The position numbers were made by a program, and so were the translations under genes. From Burkholderiaceae bacterium (GTDB lineage: Bacteria > Pseudomonadota > Gammaproteobacteria > Burkholderiales > Burkholderiaceae_C): a DNA stretch of 64,000 nucleotides. Of the stretch, positions 8,486 to 16,799 are shown piece by piece. The first letter of the stretch is position 1. Every line of letters starts with the position of its first letter. A model generated the notes under the pieces. That model was not told the DNA's origin. It worked only from the letters and a program-made list of their open reading frames with translations, and ran no database searches. The stretch is from the NCBI GenBank assembly GCA_016790515.1, contig JAEUOY010000168.1, positions 537 to 64,536 on the forward strand, written 5' to 3'.

Positions 8486-10381
8486 CTACTTCGACCAGAA
8501 GATGTTGTCGATGTAGATCGGCGTCTTGTTGCCCTTGATCGTGGTGTTGCCGGTCGCGTCGTAGACGTCGTTGACAACGAACGGGTTGGTCACCTTGGTC
8601 AGGTCGAACTTGGCATTGGCCGGCGTGTTGCCGAACGACGGCGCGCCGCCCGCCTTCAGCGCGCTGATCGGGATCGACACCTCGTGCCACTGGCCGTCGT
8701 TGACGTAGCCATAGCCGTCTGCGTTGCTGTTGCTGACCGTGATGTAGACGTCGTAGGCCGAGATGCCGCTGCCGGTCAGGAAGCCGAAGCGCAGCTTGCC
8801 GGGGTAGGTCGTCTTGATGCGGAAGTTCAGCTTGCCGGCCGCCTCGAAGGCACTCAGGTCGGTCGAGGCGTTGCTGGTCGCGAACAGGCCCCAGCCGTAG
8901 GCGGCAGGCGACGGCCCGACCTCGAGGTAGTGGAAGCCTTCGCCGTCGGCGGCCGTGCCGGTGAACTCGCCGGCGAAGGCGGTCGGCGGGCTGTCCCAGC
9001 CGAAGAACTTCAGCCTCAGGTCGGCCAGCGCGGCTGGGCGGGGGATCGGGTCGACCCGGACCTCGCCGGCCGTGGCGGTGTCGGAATACAGCGTGTAGCG
9101 GTCGGCCGTCACGACGCTGTCGACGATGGTCGGCGCGTACACCGCATCGGCCTGGGTGTAGGTGGGCGGCACGTCCCACAGGCTTTGAGGGTACAGCGCC
9201 GGGTCCTGGATCACGTAGCGCGCCTTGCGGGCGACGGTGAACAGGCCCCATTTGTCGTCGTCGCCCTTCCAGGGCTCGTCGAAGGCCTCGAAGTAGACGA
9301 TGCTCACCGGGCCCTGGCCGCTGGCCCGGGCCTGGGCGCTCCAGGCGTTGAGGCGGTCGACGTACATCTTCTGGTTCACCGGATGGGCGCGGTTGGCGGT
9401 GTTGCCGACCGGCTCGGCCTTCCAGCCGGTCTCGCCGATGATGATCGGCTTGGCCTGCTGGCCCAGGCTGTCCAGGTGCGCCCGCACCGCGGCGTACTCG
9501 CTCTTGGCCGCTTCGATCGCGGCATCCATCATCGCGACGGCGCGCTCGGATTCGGGCACGGCCTGCTGCTGCCAATCCCAGGCGGGCACGGCCGGCGGCA
9601 CGGTGTCGAGCAGCGGATAGGTGTGCATCGAGACGAAGTCGACCGCGTCGATCACCAATCTGGGGCTCTTCCATTCCGGCGGGTTTTTCGCCGCATAGAA
9701 GGCCCAGTTGTCGTCGCTGGTCAGCGGCTGGCCGACGCGGTCGCGAACGTACTTGATGTAGCCCGCGACCACCGTCGGCGACGAGGCGATCGCGAAGGCC
9801 GACCACGACACCAGCGTCTCGTTGCCGACGCTGACGGCCAGCACGATGTCCTTGTAGTCGTTGGCCAGCTTGATCGCACGGTCGACCTCGCCCTGGTTGA
9901 ACGCCTTGTTGGCCGCCACCTCCGCCGGAGAGCGGTTCTCGGGCTCCTCGCTGAAGATGTAGGCGCCCAGCATCACCTTGAAGTCGAGCTTGTCGTCGTG
10001 GATGATGCGCAGCAGGCGTGCGGCCACCTTGTCCGAACTGTCGAACACCCGCAGCAGCGTGAACTTGCCCATCGCCAGCAGCGCCAGGTCTTCACGGACC
10101 ATCGCGTCGGTGATGTCCTCGGTGTCGCGGTTGTTGCTGCGGAACGGCGAATAGGCCACCGCCTTGCGCTTGCTGAATTCGGGGCTGAGCGGGCGGGCAT
10201 CGGGCCCAGTCGGCGGCACCGTGCCGCTGCCGGCGATGTCGACCCCCGTCGGCGGTACCGTGCCGCCGCCGCCGCAGGCGGCCAGCACCAGCGCCAGGGC
10301 GAGGGCCAATGCCGCGGCCAGCAGCAGACGCAACGGGTGGGCGGGGGTGACTTGCATGGTGTGCGAACCGGTGGAGTTCAT
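8486..10381 (-). CDS. GH17 beta-1,3-glucanase lipoprotein with C-terminal putative carbohydrate-binding domain
   Basis: ATG at 10381 with GAGG RBS; lipobox LAAC-GGGG; AYSPFR, VSVGNETLV, IGETGWK, YFEAFDEPWK, WGLF; C-terminal beta-sandwich-like region (WHEVSIPIS...IYIDNIFW). Confidence 0.85.
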   Translation of the reverse strand: MNSTGSHTMQVTPAHPLRLLLAAALALALALVLAACGGGGTVPPTGVDIAGSGTVPPTGPDARPLSPEFSKRKAVAYSPFRSNNRDTEDITDAMVREDLALLAMGKFTLLRVFDSSDKVAARLLRIIHDDKLDFKVMLGAYIFSEEPENRSPAEVAANKAFNQGEVDRAIKLANDYKDIVLAVSVGNETLVSWSAFAIASSPTVVAGYIKYVRDRVGQPLTSDDNWAFYAAKNPPEWKSPRLVIDAVDFVSMHTYPLLDTVPPAVPAWDWQQQAVPESERAVAMMDAAIEAAKSEYAAVRAHLDSLGQQAKPIIIGETGWKAEPVGNTANRAHPVNQKMYVDRLNAWSAQARASGQGPVSIVYFEAFDEPWKGDDDKWGLFTVARKARYVIQDPALYPQSLWDVPPTYTQADAVYAPTIVDSVVTADRYTLYSDTATAGEVRVDPIPRPAALADLRLKFFGWDSPPTAFAGEFTGTAADGEGFHYLEVGPSPAAYGWGLFATSNASTDLSAFEAAGKLNFRIKTTYPGKLRFGFLTGSGISAYDVYITVSNSNADGYGYVNDGQWHEVSIPISALKAGGAPSFGNTPANAKFDLTKVTNPFVVNDVYDATGNTTIKGNKTPIYIDNIFWSK

Positions 10382-10406
10382 GGCGTGGACCTCGGTCAGA
10401 CCGGCC

Positions 10407-11804
10407 TCAGAAGGCGTAGACGACGCCGATGCCGACGTAGTTGCCGCTGCGCGCGACCCGTGAATCGACGTTGGTGAACGCGGCATTGCCGGGCATCGAC
10501 ATCGGCGACAGGCTGCAGGTGCCGGGCACGCGGTTGGGCTGGCCGTTGCAGCCCTTGGACACGGCATCGAGCCCGTAGCGGATGTAGCCGCCCATGCCGT
10601 AGACCTGCAGGCCGCGCAACTCGCCGGCGAACTCGTAGGTCAGCTGCACCGTGTTCCAGGTCACCGAGTTGCTCTGGCCGTCCTCGGTCGGGTTGTCGGT
10701 GCTGGCCTTGCCGAGGCGGGTCATCCCGGTGGCGGCGATCCACTGGCCCATGCGGTAACGCAGGCCCAGCAGCCAGTCGGTCGAGTTGGCCGCATAGCCG
10801 CGGTAGATGCCGCCGCCCAGGTCCTGGGTCCAGTCGACGTTGAACATGCTGTTCCACTGCGCGACACCGCTGCTGTCGATCTTGGTGATCGTCGCGTAGG
10901 CGCCGCTCCAGCGGTTGTGCTTGAGGCCGCCCGAGACCTCCCACTGCGGCGTAAGCTGGTACCGGCCCATCAGCAGCGCGACGCTCTGCCCCGAACTGCC
11001 GAGCTTGGCGTCGTCTTCCGAGAACGGGGTCAGGCCGGTGAAGGGGCCGTGGCTCCAGGCCGAAGGCGTGCCGTTGCGGGCATCCTGATAGCTGGCGTCG
11101 ATCACCAGATCGCCGCGGTAGTACTGGGCGTAGAACTCCCAGAACTGTGGCTTGTTCTTCTTGAAGTCGGTGTTGCCCATGTCGTAGGTGGCCTCGAGCA
11201 CCAGGTCGCCGTCGAGCACGTCGAGCGGCCGCGTGGTGACGCGGATCGCCTTGGTCAGCAGGCCGTAGCCGGCGCCGGCCGAGCCCCAGACGTCGGACAG
11301 GCCGACATTGCTGCCATACGGGTAGTCGGCCACGCTCCAGGTGCGGGTGGTCATCGTGCCGATGCGCACGCTGCCGTAGTCTTCATGGCTGAGCGCGATG
11401 TTCTTCTCGTACAGGAAGCCGGGGATGTCTTCCTTGCCGTCGCGCCAGCGCTGGCTCAGCAGGCCTTGGAGCTTGTAGCCGCCGCCGAGGTCGAACTTCA
11501 CACCGAGGTAGGGTTGGAACAGCGTGGTGTGCAGCCCGTGGTCCTTGAATTCGGCGCCGGGCACCAGCTCGTCGGCCCAGTAGCGCTGCTTGTTCTCCTG
11601 CGGGAACTTCTGGCAGTCGGGGCAATTGTTGGAGTTGTGCGTGAACTCGGCCTTGGCGAAGCCGTTGAGGCTGAACGGGCCGAAGTCCACCGCCTGGCTG
11701 GCCGGCGCCAGCAACGCTGCCGCGGCCGCCAGCGCCGCTTGCAGCGGGCGCAGCCCGCGTGCCGGAGAGGCCACTGAACGACGCAGGGAGGGTTCGAGTT
11801 TCAT
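10407..11804 (-). CDS. Outer-membrane porin-like beta-barrel (putative oligosaccharide porin)
   Basis: Signal peptide ending ASQA; alternating amphipathic strands rich in aromatics; YGSVRIG porin-like motif; C-terminal GIGVVYAF (terminal Phe BAM signal). Confidence 0.75.
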   Translation of the reverse strand: MKLEPSLRRSVASPARGLRPLQAALAAAAALLAPASQAVDFGPFSLNGFAKAEFTHNSNNCPDCQKFPQENKQRYWADELVPGAEFKDHGLHTTLFQPYLGVKFDLGGGYKLQGLLSQRWRDGKEDIPGFLYEKNIALSHEDYGSVRIGTMTTRTWSVADYPYGSNVGLSDVWGSAGAGYGLLTKAIRVTTRPLDVLDGDLVLEATYDMGNTDFKKNKPQFWEFYAQYYRGDLVIDASYQDARNGTPSAWSHGPFTGLTPFSEDDAKLGSSGQSVALLMGRYQLTPQWEVSGGLKHNRWSGAYATITKIDSSGVAQWNSMFNVDWTQDLGGGIYRGYAANSTDWLLGLRYRMGQWIAATGMTRLGKASTDNPTEDGQSNSVTWNTVQLTYEFAGELRGLQVYGMGGYIRYGLDAVSKGCNGQPNRVPGTCSLSPMSMPGNAAFTNVDSRVARSGNYVGIGVVYAF

Positions 11805-11859
11805 GGTGTTCGCCGCGGTGGAGGTGCGAGGGCCCGCGACACCGGCGGCAGCCCGCAGG

Positions 11860-11875
11860 CTGAAAGCGCTTTCAG
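11860..11875. promoter_or_regulatory. LacI-family operator 1 (CTGAAAGCGCTTTCAG)
   Basis: Perfect 16-bp palindrome with central CG matching the LacI/GalR TGNAANCGNTTNCA pattern; just downstream of the predicted porin promoter. Confidence 0.85.
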
Positions 11876-11887
11876 TGTCGAAACCCG

Positions 11888-11917
11888 AGGGTAGGGGATC
11901 GCGCCCTCGGCCGTCAA
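11888..11917 (-). promoter_or_regulatory. Putative sigma70 promoter of the porin-GH17-GH30-GH149 operon
   Basis: Minus strand TTGACG-N18-TACCCT, with operator 1 located 12 bp downstream of the -10. Confidence 0.55.
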
Positions 11918-12018
11918 TCGCGGTGGGGGCCGTGTTTTCCCTTGCTCGGCAGTTGCGCATCGGCCGGCCGCACGCAACGGTCGGGCCGGCCGGACGCGGG
12001 TAAACGCGAGGGCGAACC

Positions 12019-12032
12019 TGAAAGCGCTTTCA
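12019..12032. promoter_or_regulatory. LacI-family operator 2 (TGAAAGCGCTTTCA)
   Basis: Identical perfect palindrome 30 bp upstream of the GH81 start, next to a TATCAT -10-like hexamer (12034-12039). Confidence 0.85.
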
Positions 12033-12062
12033 ATATCATCGCCGGCAACGGCAACCGAAGCC

Positions 12063-14384
12063 GTGAAGGAGCCGCTCGTGCCGACCGTCCGCCAACTGTT
12101 CGACCTGTTCAGGATCCTGTTCGTCGCCTGCGGGCTGATCGCCGGCGCCGGGGCCGGTGCCCAGCCGGTCAAGCTGGGGGCGGGCACCTACTTCCTGGCG
12201 CCGAAGGGCAAGGATGCCCCGCCGCCGGCCGCGCCCGGCCGCACCGAGGCGATGATGAAGCTCGCCGCGCCGACCAGCCAGTGGTACTCGACGCTGCTGT
12301 TCAACCCCGAGCCGGAGGCGCTGTTCGTGCAGCCGCTGACGGTGCGCACGTCCAAGGCCGGCCTGGAAGTGGCGCTGCCGTCCAAGACCGTGGTGCCGAC
12401 CGAGCGCAAGGACGTCGAGATCCACTACCCGCACCGCGATCCGATCGTGATCTCGCCGCTGGCCTTCGCGCCCGGCCCGGCCAAGCTGGCCAGGCGCGGC
12501 GACTGGTCGATCGACGTCTCGATGGGGCAGGGCGCCGACGAGATGACGGTGTCGGTGGCCCGCGGCATGCCCTATGCCCAGGTGCGGATCTCGCGCGGCG
12601 ACGTGCGCGTGCGACTGCCGGCCGCCGGCGAGCGCGTCGGCGCCGGGCCCGACGCCCGCGTGCTGGCGCTGCGCGTGGGCGGCAAGACCTATGCGCTGTT
12701 CGGCCCGACCGGCGTGGCCTGGGAGTCCGTCTCGGCCACCGAGTGGGTCGGCCGGCTGCCCGCCGGCAAGGGCTACCTGTCGGCTGCCGCGCTGCCCGAC
12801 GACAAGCCCGAGACGCTGGCGCTGTTCACCCGCCACGCCTACGCGTTCGTCACCGACTCGCGGGTCGACTGGCGCTACGACAGCGCGGCCAGCAAGGTGG
12901 TCAGCACCTTCACCGCCACCACCCAGCCGATGGAAGGCGCCGACAACGGCCCGCTGCTCGGCCTGTACCCGCACCAGTGGTTCAACAACGCCTCGGTGGC
13001 CGACAAGCTGGGGCCGGCGTTCGAGACCGTGCGCGGCAAGATCCGGCTGCTGGCCGCGCCGCGCTTCGAGGTCACCACCGTCTACAACGGCTTCGTGCCG
13101 CACTGGCCGGGTGTCACCGCCGGCCCCGGGCTCGACCAGTTGACGGATTTGCTGAAGGCCGACCTGCGCCGGCGCCGCGAATTGATCCCGATCAAGGAGA
13201 ACAAGGACAACTGGCGCGTCAGCGCCTACTGGCAGGGCAAGGGCGTGGCCCGCGCCACCCAGCTGATGGCGGTGGCCGAGCAGCAGGGCGACATGACCGG
13301 CCGCGACCAACTGCTGGCGATCGCCAAGGAGCGCATGGAGTTCTGGTTCGGCGGACAGGGCAGCGCCTCGTACTTCCACCTCGACAAGCGGCTGGGCACC
13401 GTGGTGACCTACCCCGACGAGTTCTTCGCGGTCGAGCAGATGAACGACCACCACTTCCACTACGGCTACTGGATCCGCGCCGCTGCCGAGATCGCGCTGC
13501 GCGATCCGAAATGGGCCGCCAAGGACCAGTGGGGCGGCATGGTCGACCTGCTGGTGGCCGACATCGCCACCGCCGAACGTGGCCGCGCCGATTTCCCGTT
13601 CCTGCGCAACTTCGACCCGTACGAGGGTCATTCCTGGGCCTCGGGCGTCGGCCTCGGTGAGTGGGGCAACAACCAGGAATCGTCGTCGGAGGCCGTCAAC
13701 GCCTGGGCCGGGCTGATCCTGTGGGGCGAGGTCACCGGCAACAAGGCGCTGCGCGACCTGGGCGTCTACATGTACGCCACCGAGACCGACGCGATCAACC
13801 ACTACTGGTTCGACATCCACGGCCTGGTGTTCGCCCCCGAGTACAAGAACGTCGAGGTCAGCATGCTGTTCGGCGGCAAGTACGCGCACAACACCTGGTG
13901 GACCGACGAGCCGCGCCAGATCAAGGGCATCAACCTGCTGCCGGTGACCACCGCGTCGGCCTACATGGGGCGCGAGCCGAAGTTCATCCTGCGCAGCATG
14001 GGCACGCTCGAGGGAGATACCCAGCTGTACCTGTCGCGCGGCAAGGGCTATTCCGACGTGCCCAAGGACATCTGGCAGGACATCTTCGCCAAGTACCTGG
14101 CGCTGGCCGATCCCGCCGCCGCGCTGGCCAAGTGGGACCGCTGGGGCAGCGTCGAACTGGGCGACACGCGCAGCCACACGCTGCACTGGATGCTGAGCCT
14201 GCAGGCGATGGGCACGCCCGATTTCAGCGTGTCGGCCGACACGCCGCTGCACGCGGTGTTCCGCCGCCCCGATGGCCAGAAGACCTACCTCGCCTACAAC
14301 GCCTCGGCCGCGCCGCTGGCGGTGCGCTTCTCCGACGGCAAGGTGCTGACCGTGGCGCCGGGCAGCCTGGCGCGGTCGAACTGA
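12063..14384 (+). CDS. GH81 endo-1,3-beta-glucanase (secreted/periplasmic)
   Basis: Signal peptide ending AGAGA-Q; MNDHHFHYGYWIRAAA, RNFDPYEGHSWASG, NQESSSEAVNAW (catalytic ExxxE), GINLLP. GTG start is uncertain by a few codons. Confidence 0.9.
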   Translation: MKEPLVPTVRQLFDLFRILFVACGLIAGAGAGAQPVKLGAGTYFLAPKGKDAPPPAAPGRTEAMMKLAAPTSQWYSTLLFNPEPEALFVQPLTVRTSKAGLEVALPSKTVVPTERKDVEIHYPHRDPIVISPLAFAPGPAKLARRGDWSIDVSMGQGADEMTVSVARGMPYAQVRISRGDVRVRLPAAGERVGAGPDARVLALRVGGKTYALFGPTGVAWESVSATEWVGRLPAGKGYLSAAALPDDKPETLALFTRHAYAFVTDSRVDWRYDSAASKVVSTFTATTQPMEGADNGPLLGLYPHQWFNNASVADKLGPAFETVRGKIRLLAAPRFEVTTVYNGFVPHWPGVTAGPGLDQLTDLLKADLRRRRELIPIKENKDNWRVSAYWQGKGVARATQLMAVAEQQGDMTGRDQLLAIAKERMEFWFGGQGSASYFHLDKRLGTVVTYPDEFFAVEQMNDHHFHYGYWIRAAAEIALRDPKWAAKDQWGGMVDLLVADIATAERGRADFPFLRNFDPYEGHSWASGVGLGEWGNNQESSSEAVNAWAGLILWGEVTGNKALRDLGVYMYATETDAINHYWFDIHGLVFAPEYKNVEVSMLFGGKYAHNTWWTDEPRQIKGINLLPVTTASAYMGREPKFILRSMGTLEGDTQLYLSRGKGYSDVPKDIWQDIFAKYLALADPAAALAKWDRWGSVELGDTRSHTLHWMLSLQAMGTPDFSVSADTPLHAVFRRPDGQKTYLAYNASAAPLAVRFSDGKVLTVAPGSLARSN

Positions 14385-14460
14385 AGGCCGGCGCCGGAGT
14401 GGAAACCCTCGGTCCGTCCGCTCACGGCCGAGACCAAGGGAAATCCACGACGCCGCAGGC

Positions 14461-14489
14461 TTGCCAAGCAGCCATCCCCTTTCTATGCT
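14461..14489 (+). promoter_or_regulatory. Putative sigma70 promoter of the lipoprotein-lipoprotein-beta-barrel operon
   Basis: TTGCCA-N17-TATGCT followed 4 bp later by operator 3. Confidence 0.65.
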
Positions 14490-14493
14490 GTCA

Positions 14494-14507
14494 TGAAAGC
14501 GCTTTCA
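14494..14507. promoter_or_regulatory. LacI-family operator 3 (TGAAAGCGCTTTCA)
   Basis: Third identical palindrome, overlapping the predicted +1 of the promoter at 14461-14489. Confidence 0.85.
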
Positions 14508-14614
14508 GATTTTGGCGGACGAGGGTCCGCCGCTGCCGCCGGGGCCGTCTGCCCGCCCGGCCCTCTTCCACCCCGTCGAACCCGGATCGACCTCGAGCCT
14601 GCAGGAATTACGCT

Positions 14615-16702
14615 ATGACTCAGCATCTCAAGCACTTCTCGGTGTCGGCCTGCGCGCTGGCGGTCTCGCTGCTGATCTCGGCCTGCGGCGGCGCCGATCC
14701 CGCCGACTCGGTGCCGCCGACCGTGACCATCACCGACAACGTGTCGGCGGCCACTGCCAACGGCCCGGTGACCTTCACCTTCAGCTTCAGCGAGGACGTC
14801 GGCTCGAGCTTCGCGGCCGAGGACATCACCGTCACCGGAGGCACCGCAGGCACGCTGACGAAAGTGGATGCGACCCACTACACGCTGGTGGTCACGCCGG
14901 CCGCCGGCTCGACCGGCACGATCAGCGTCGGCGTCGCGGCCCTGATGTTCACCGACCTGGCGCTGAACGGCAACACCGTGGCAGCCTCGGCGCAGCAGGC
15001 CTACGACACGACGGTCGCCCCGCCGCCTTCGGGCTACACCGGCACCTGCACCGCGGCGCCGTGCATCGACTTCAGCGCCGCCGGTCTGGCGATGACGCCG
15101 TTCGGCGGCCTGGCCGCCGAGATCGCCGCCGATCCGGTGGATGCCACCAACAAGGTCGGCAAGCTGACCAAGGTGGCGGCCAACGAGACCTGGGCCGGTG
15201 CCACCATCGACCCCAGCGGCAACGGCGCCAACGTGGTGCCGGCGATCGGCTTCTCGACCAGCAAGATCATCACGCTGCGCGTCTATTCGCCGGCGGCCGG
15301 CGAGACGATCATGCTGAAGGTCGAGAACTCGGGCGATGGCGCGGTCAACATGGAGAAGCAGGCGACGACCACCCAGTCGGCGACCTGGGAAACGCTCAGC
15401 TTCGACTATGCGACCCCCAGCGCCGGCAGCTGGGACCCCAGCAAGGTCTACGACCGGGTCAGCGTGTTCCCGCACTTCGGCAGCAAGGTCGGCGCCGACA
15501 GCGTGTACTACATCGACGAGCTGAAGTACGCCGCGGCCAGCGCGCCCCCGGTGGGCTGCGGCACGACCGAACCCACCTGCGCTCCGACCACGGTGGTCCC
15601 GGCCGGGTCCATCGTCATCTACAACGACGCGGGCAGTATCGGCGGCCTGGACACCTTCCCGGTCTGGGGCCAGAACCCGCCGGTGGTCGGCAGCGAGCCG
15701 ACGATCGCCGGCAACAAGGTGCTGAAGTACAGCTTCGGCGCGCTCTACCAGGGCATCGACTGGTCGTCCAACCCGCAGAACGTGTCGGCCAAGGGCATGC
15801 TGCACCTGGACGTCTGGTCAGCCGACGTCGCCAGCGTCAAGGTGTCGCTGATCGGCGGCGGCGCCGAGAACGGCATCACCAAGCCGCTGACCGCCGGCGC
15901 CTGGAACAGCCTGGACATCGACCTGAGCCAGTACACCTCGCCCGACAAGACCAAGGTCATCCAGATCAAGCTGGAGCCGAACGTGGCCGGCACGATCTAC
16001 GTCGACAACATCTTCTTCCACGGCACGGCCGCCGGTGGTGGTGGCGGCGGCAATTTCACCGGTGGCATCTTCGCGGCCGACTACATCGGCAACCTGAGTG
16101 CCGACACCGCCCAGTCCACGCTGGGCGGCAAGGTCGGCTTTTTCCAAGACCCGCGTCTGTACGCCAACAAGGCCTTCGAAGACGGCGGTGTGGCCGGCAC
16201 CGCCGTCAACCCGGGCGGCGTGCCCAACGTCTACTACGGCATCGGCAAGTTGACGCCGGTACTTACCGACGCCTATTTCGGAGGCTTCGTCAACGCGCCC
16301 AGCAACGGCAGCGCCGACGCCTCGGCCTACTCGAAGATCAAGCTGAAGTTCTGGGGCGACGCCGAGTCGTGGGAGAAGCCCAACTTCACCGCGACGGTCG
16401 ACGTCCTGGTGCAGGGCCCCGCGAACGCAGCCTGCGCCAATGGCTCGGGCCGGCCCGAACTGCTGAAGGCGGTGACGGCGCAGAAGATCGGCGCCGGCTC
16501 GGAGTACATCATTGCGAAGACCGACTTCACGTTGGTCGAAAGCTGCGGCGGCGCCTACACGGTGAACAGCGTCTGGTCGGCAATCGGCGCAGTGGTCGTG
16601 CGGCTGGCCGGCACCAACCTGCAGTACTTGAACTCGGTGCCGAGCACGCCGGTGTCGTTCCCGACCTTCATCAACATCGGTCCGATCTCGTTCATCAACT
16701 GA
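14615..16702 (+). CDS. Multi-domain non-catalytic lipoprotein (Ig-like + three putative carbohydrate-binding modules)
   Basis: ATG 14615 after AGGA RBS; lipobox ISAC-GG; Ig-like domain paralogous to the GH16 N-terminus; modules ending YYIDELKY and IYVDNIFF plus a third C-terminal domain; no GH catalytic motif recognised. Confidence 0.8.
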   Translation: MTQHLKHFSVSACALAVSLLISACGGADPADSVPPTVTITDNVSAATANGPVTFTFSFSEDVGSSFAAEDITVTGGTAGTLTKVDATHYTLVVTPAAGSTGTISVGVAALMFTDLALNGNTVAASAQQAYDTTVAPPPSGYTGTCTAAPCIDFSAAGLAMTPFGGLAAEIAADPVDATNKVGKLTKVAANETWAGATIDPSGNGANVVPAIGFSTSKIITLRVYSPAAGETIMLKVENSGDGAVNMEKQATTTQSATWETLSFDYATPSAGSWDPSKVYDRVSVFPHFGSKVGADSVYYIDELKYAAASAPPVGCGTTEPTCAPTTVVPAGSIVIYNDAGSIGGLDTFPVWGQNPPVVGSEPTIAGNKVLKYSFGALYQGIDWSSNPQNVSAKGMLHLDVWSADVASVKVSLIGGGAENGITKPLTAGAWNSLDIDLSQYTSPDKTKVIQIKLEPNVAGTIYVDNIFFHGTAAGGGGGGNFTGGIFAADYIGNLSADTAQSTLGGKVGFFQDPRLYANKAFEDGGVAGTAVNPGGVPNVYYGIGKLTPVLTDAYFGGFVNAPSNGSADASAYSKIKLKFWGDAESWEKPNFTATVDVLVQGPANAACANGSGRPELLKAVTAQKIGAGSEYIIAKTDFTLVESCGGAYTVNSVWSAIGAVVVRLAGTNLQYLNSVPSTPVSFPTFINIGPISFIN

Positions 16703-16799
16703 GCCCGGCGGCCCACGCCGTCTGCCGGGCCGTTCAGCCTGCAGGCCAGCCCGCCAGTCGCCCCGCAGCGGACCGTATCGTTCATCCCAGGAAGCCATC

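Noticed and set aside
7113-9806. 897-aa ORF suggesting a long N-terminal extension on the GH30
   Set aside because: The upstream part is an off-frame read of the GH17 lipoprotein gene; the real start is most plausibly ATG 8441.
1-10381. GH17 genes as osmoregulated cyclic beta-glucan synthesis (NdvB-like)
   Set aside because: No GT2 glycosyltransferase domain is present, and the accompanying GH16, GH81, GH30, phosphorylase and sugar-type operators indicate catabolism.
16703-16731. GC hairpin between the two lipoprotein genes as a terminator
   Set aside because: No U-tract follows; at most an mRNA-stabilising stem, and such stems arise easily at this GC content.
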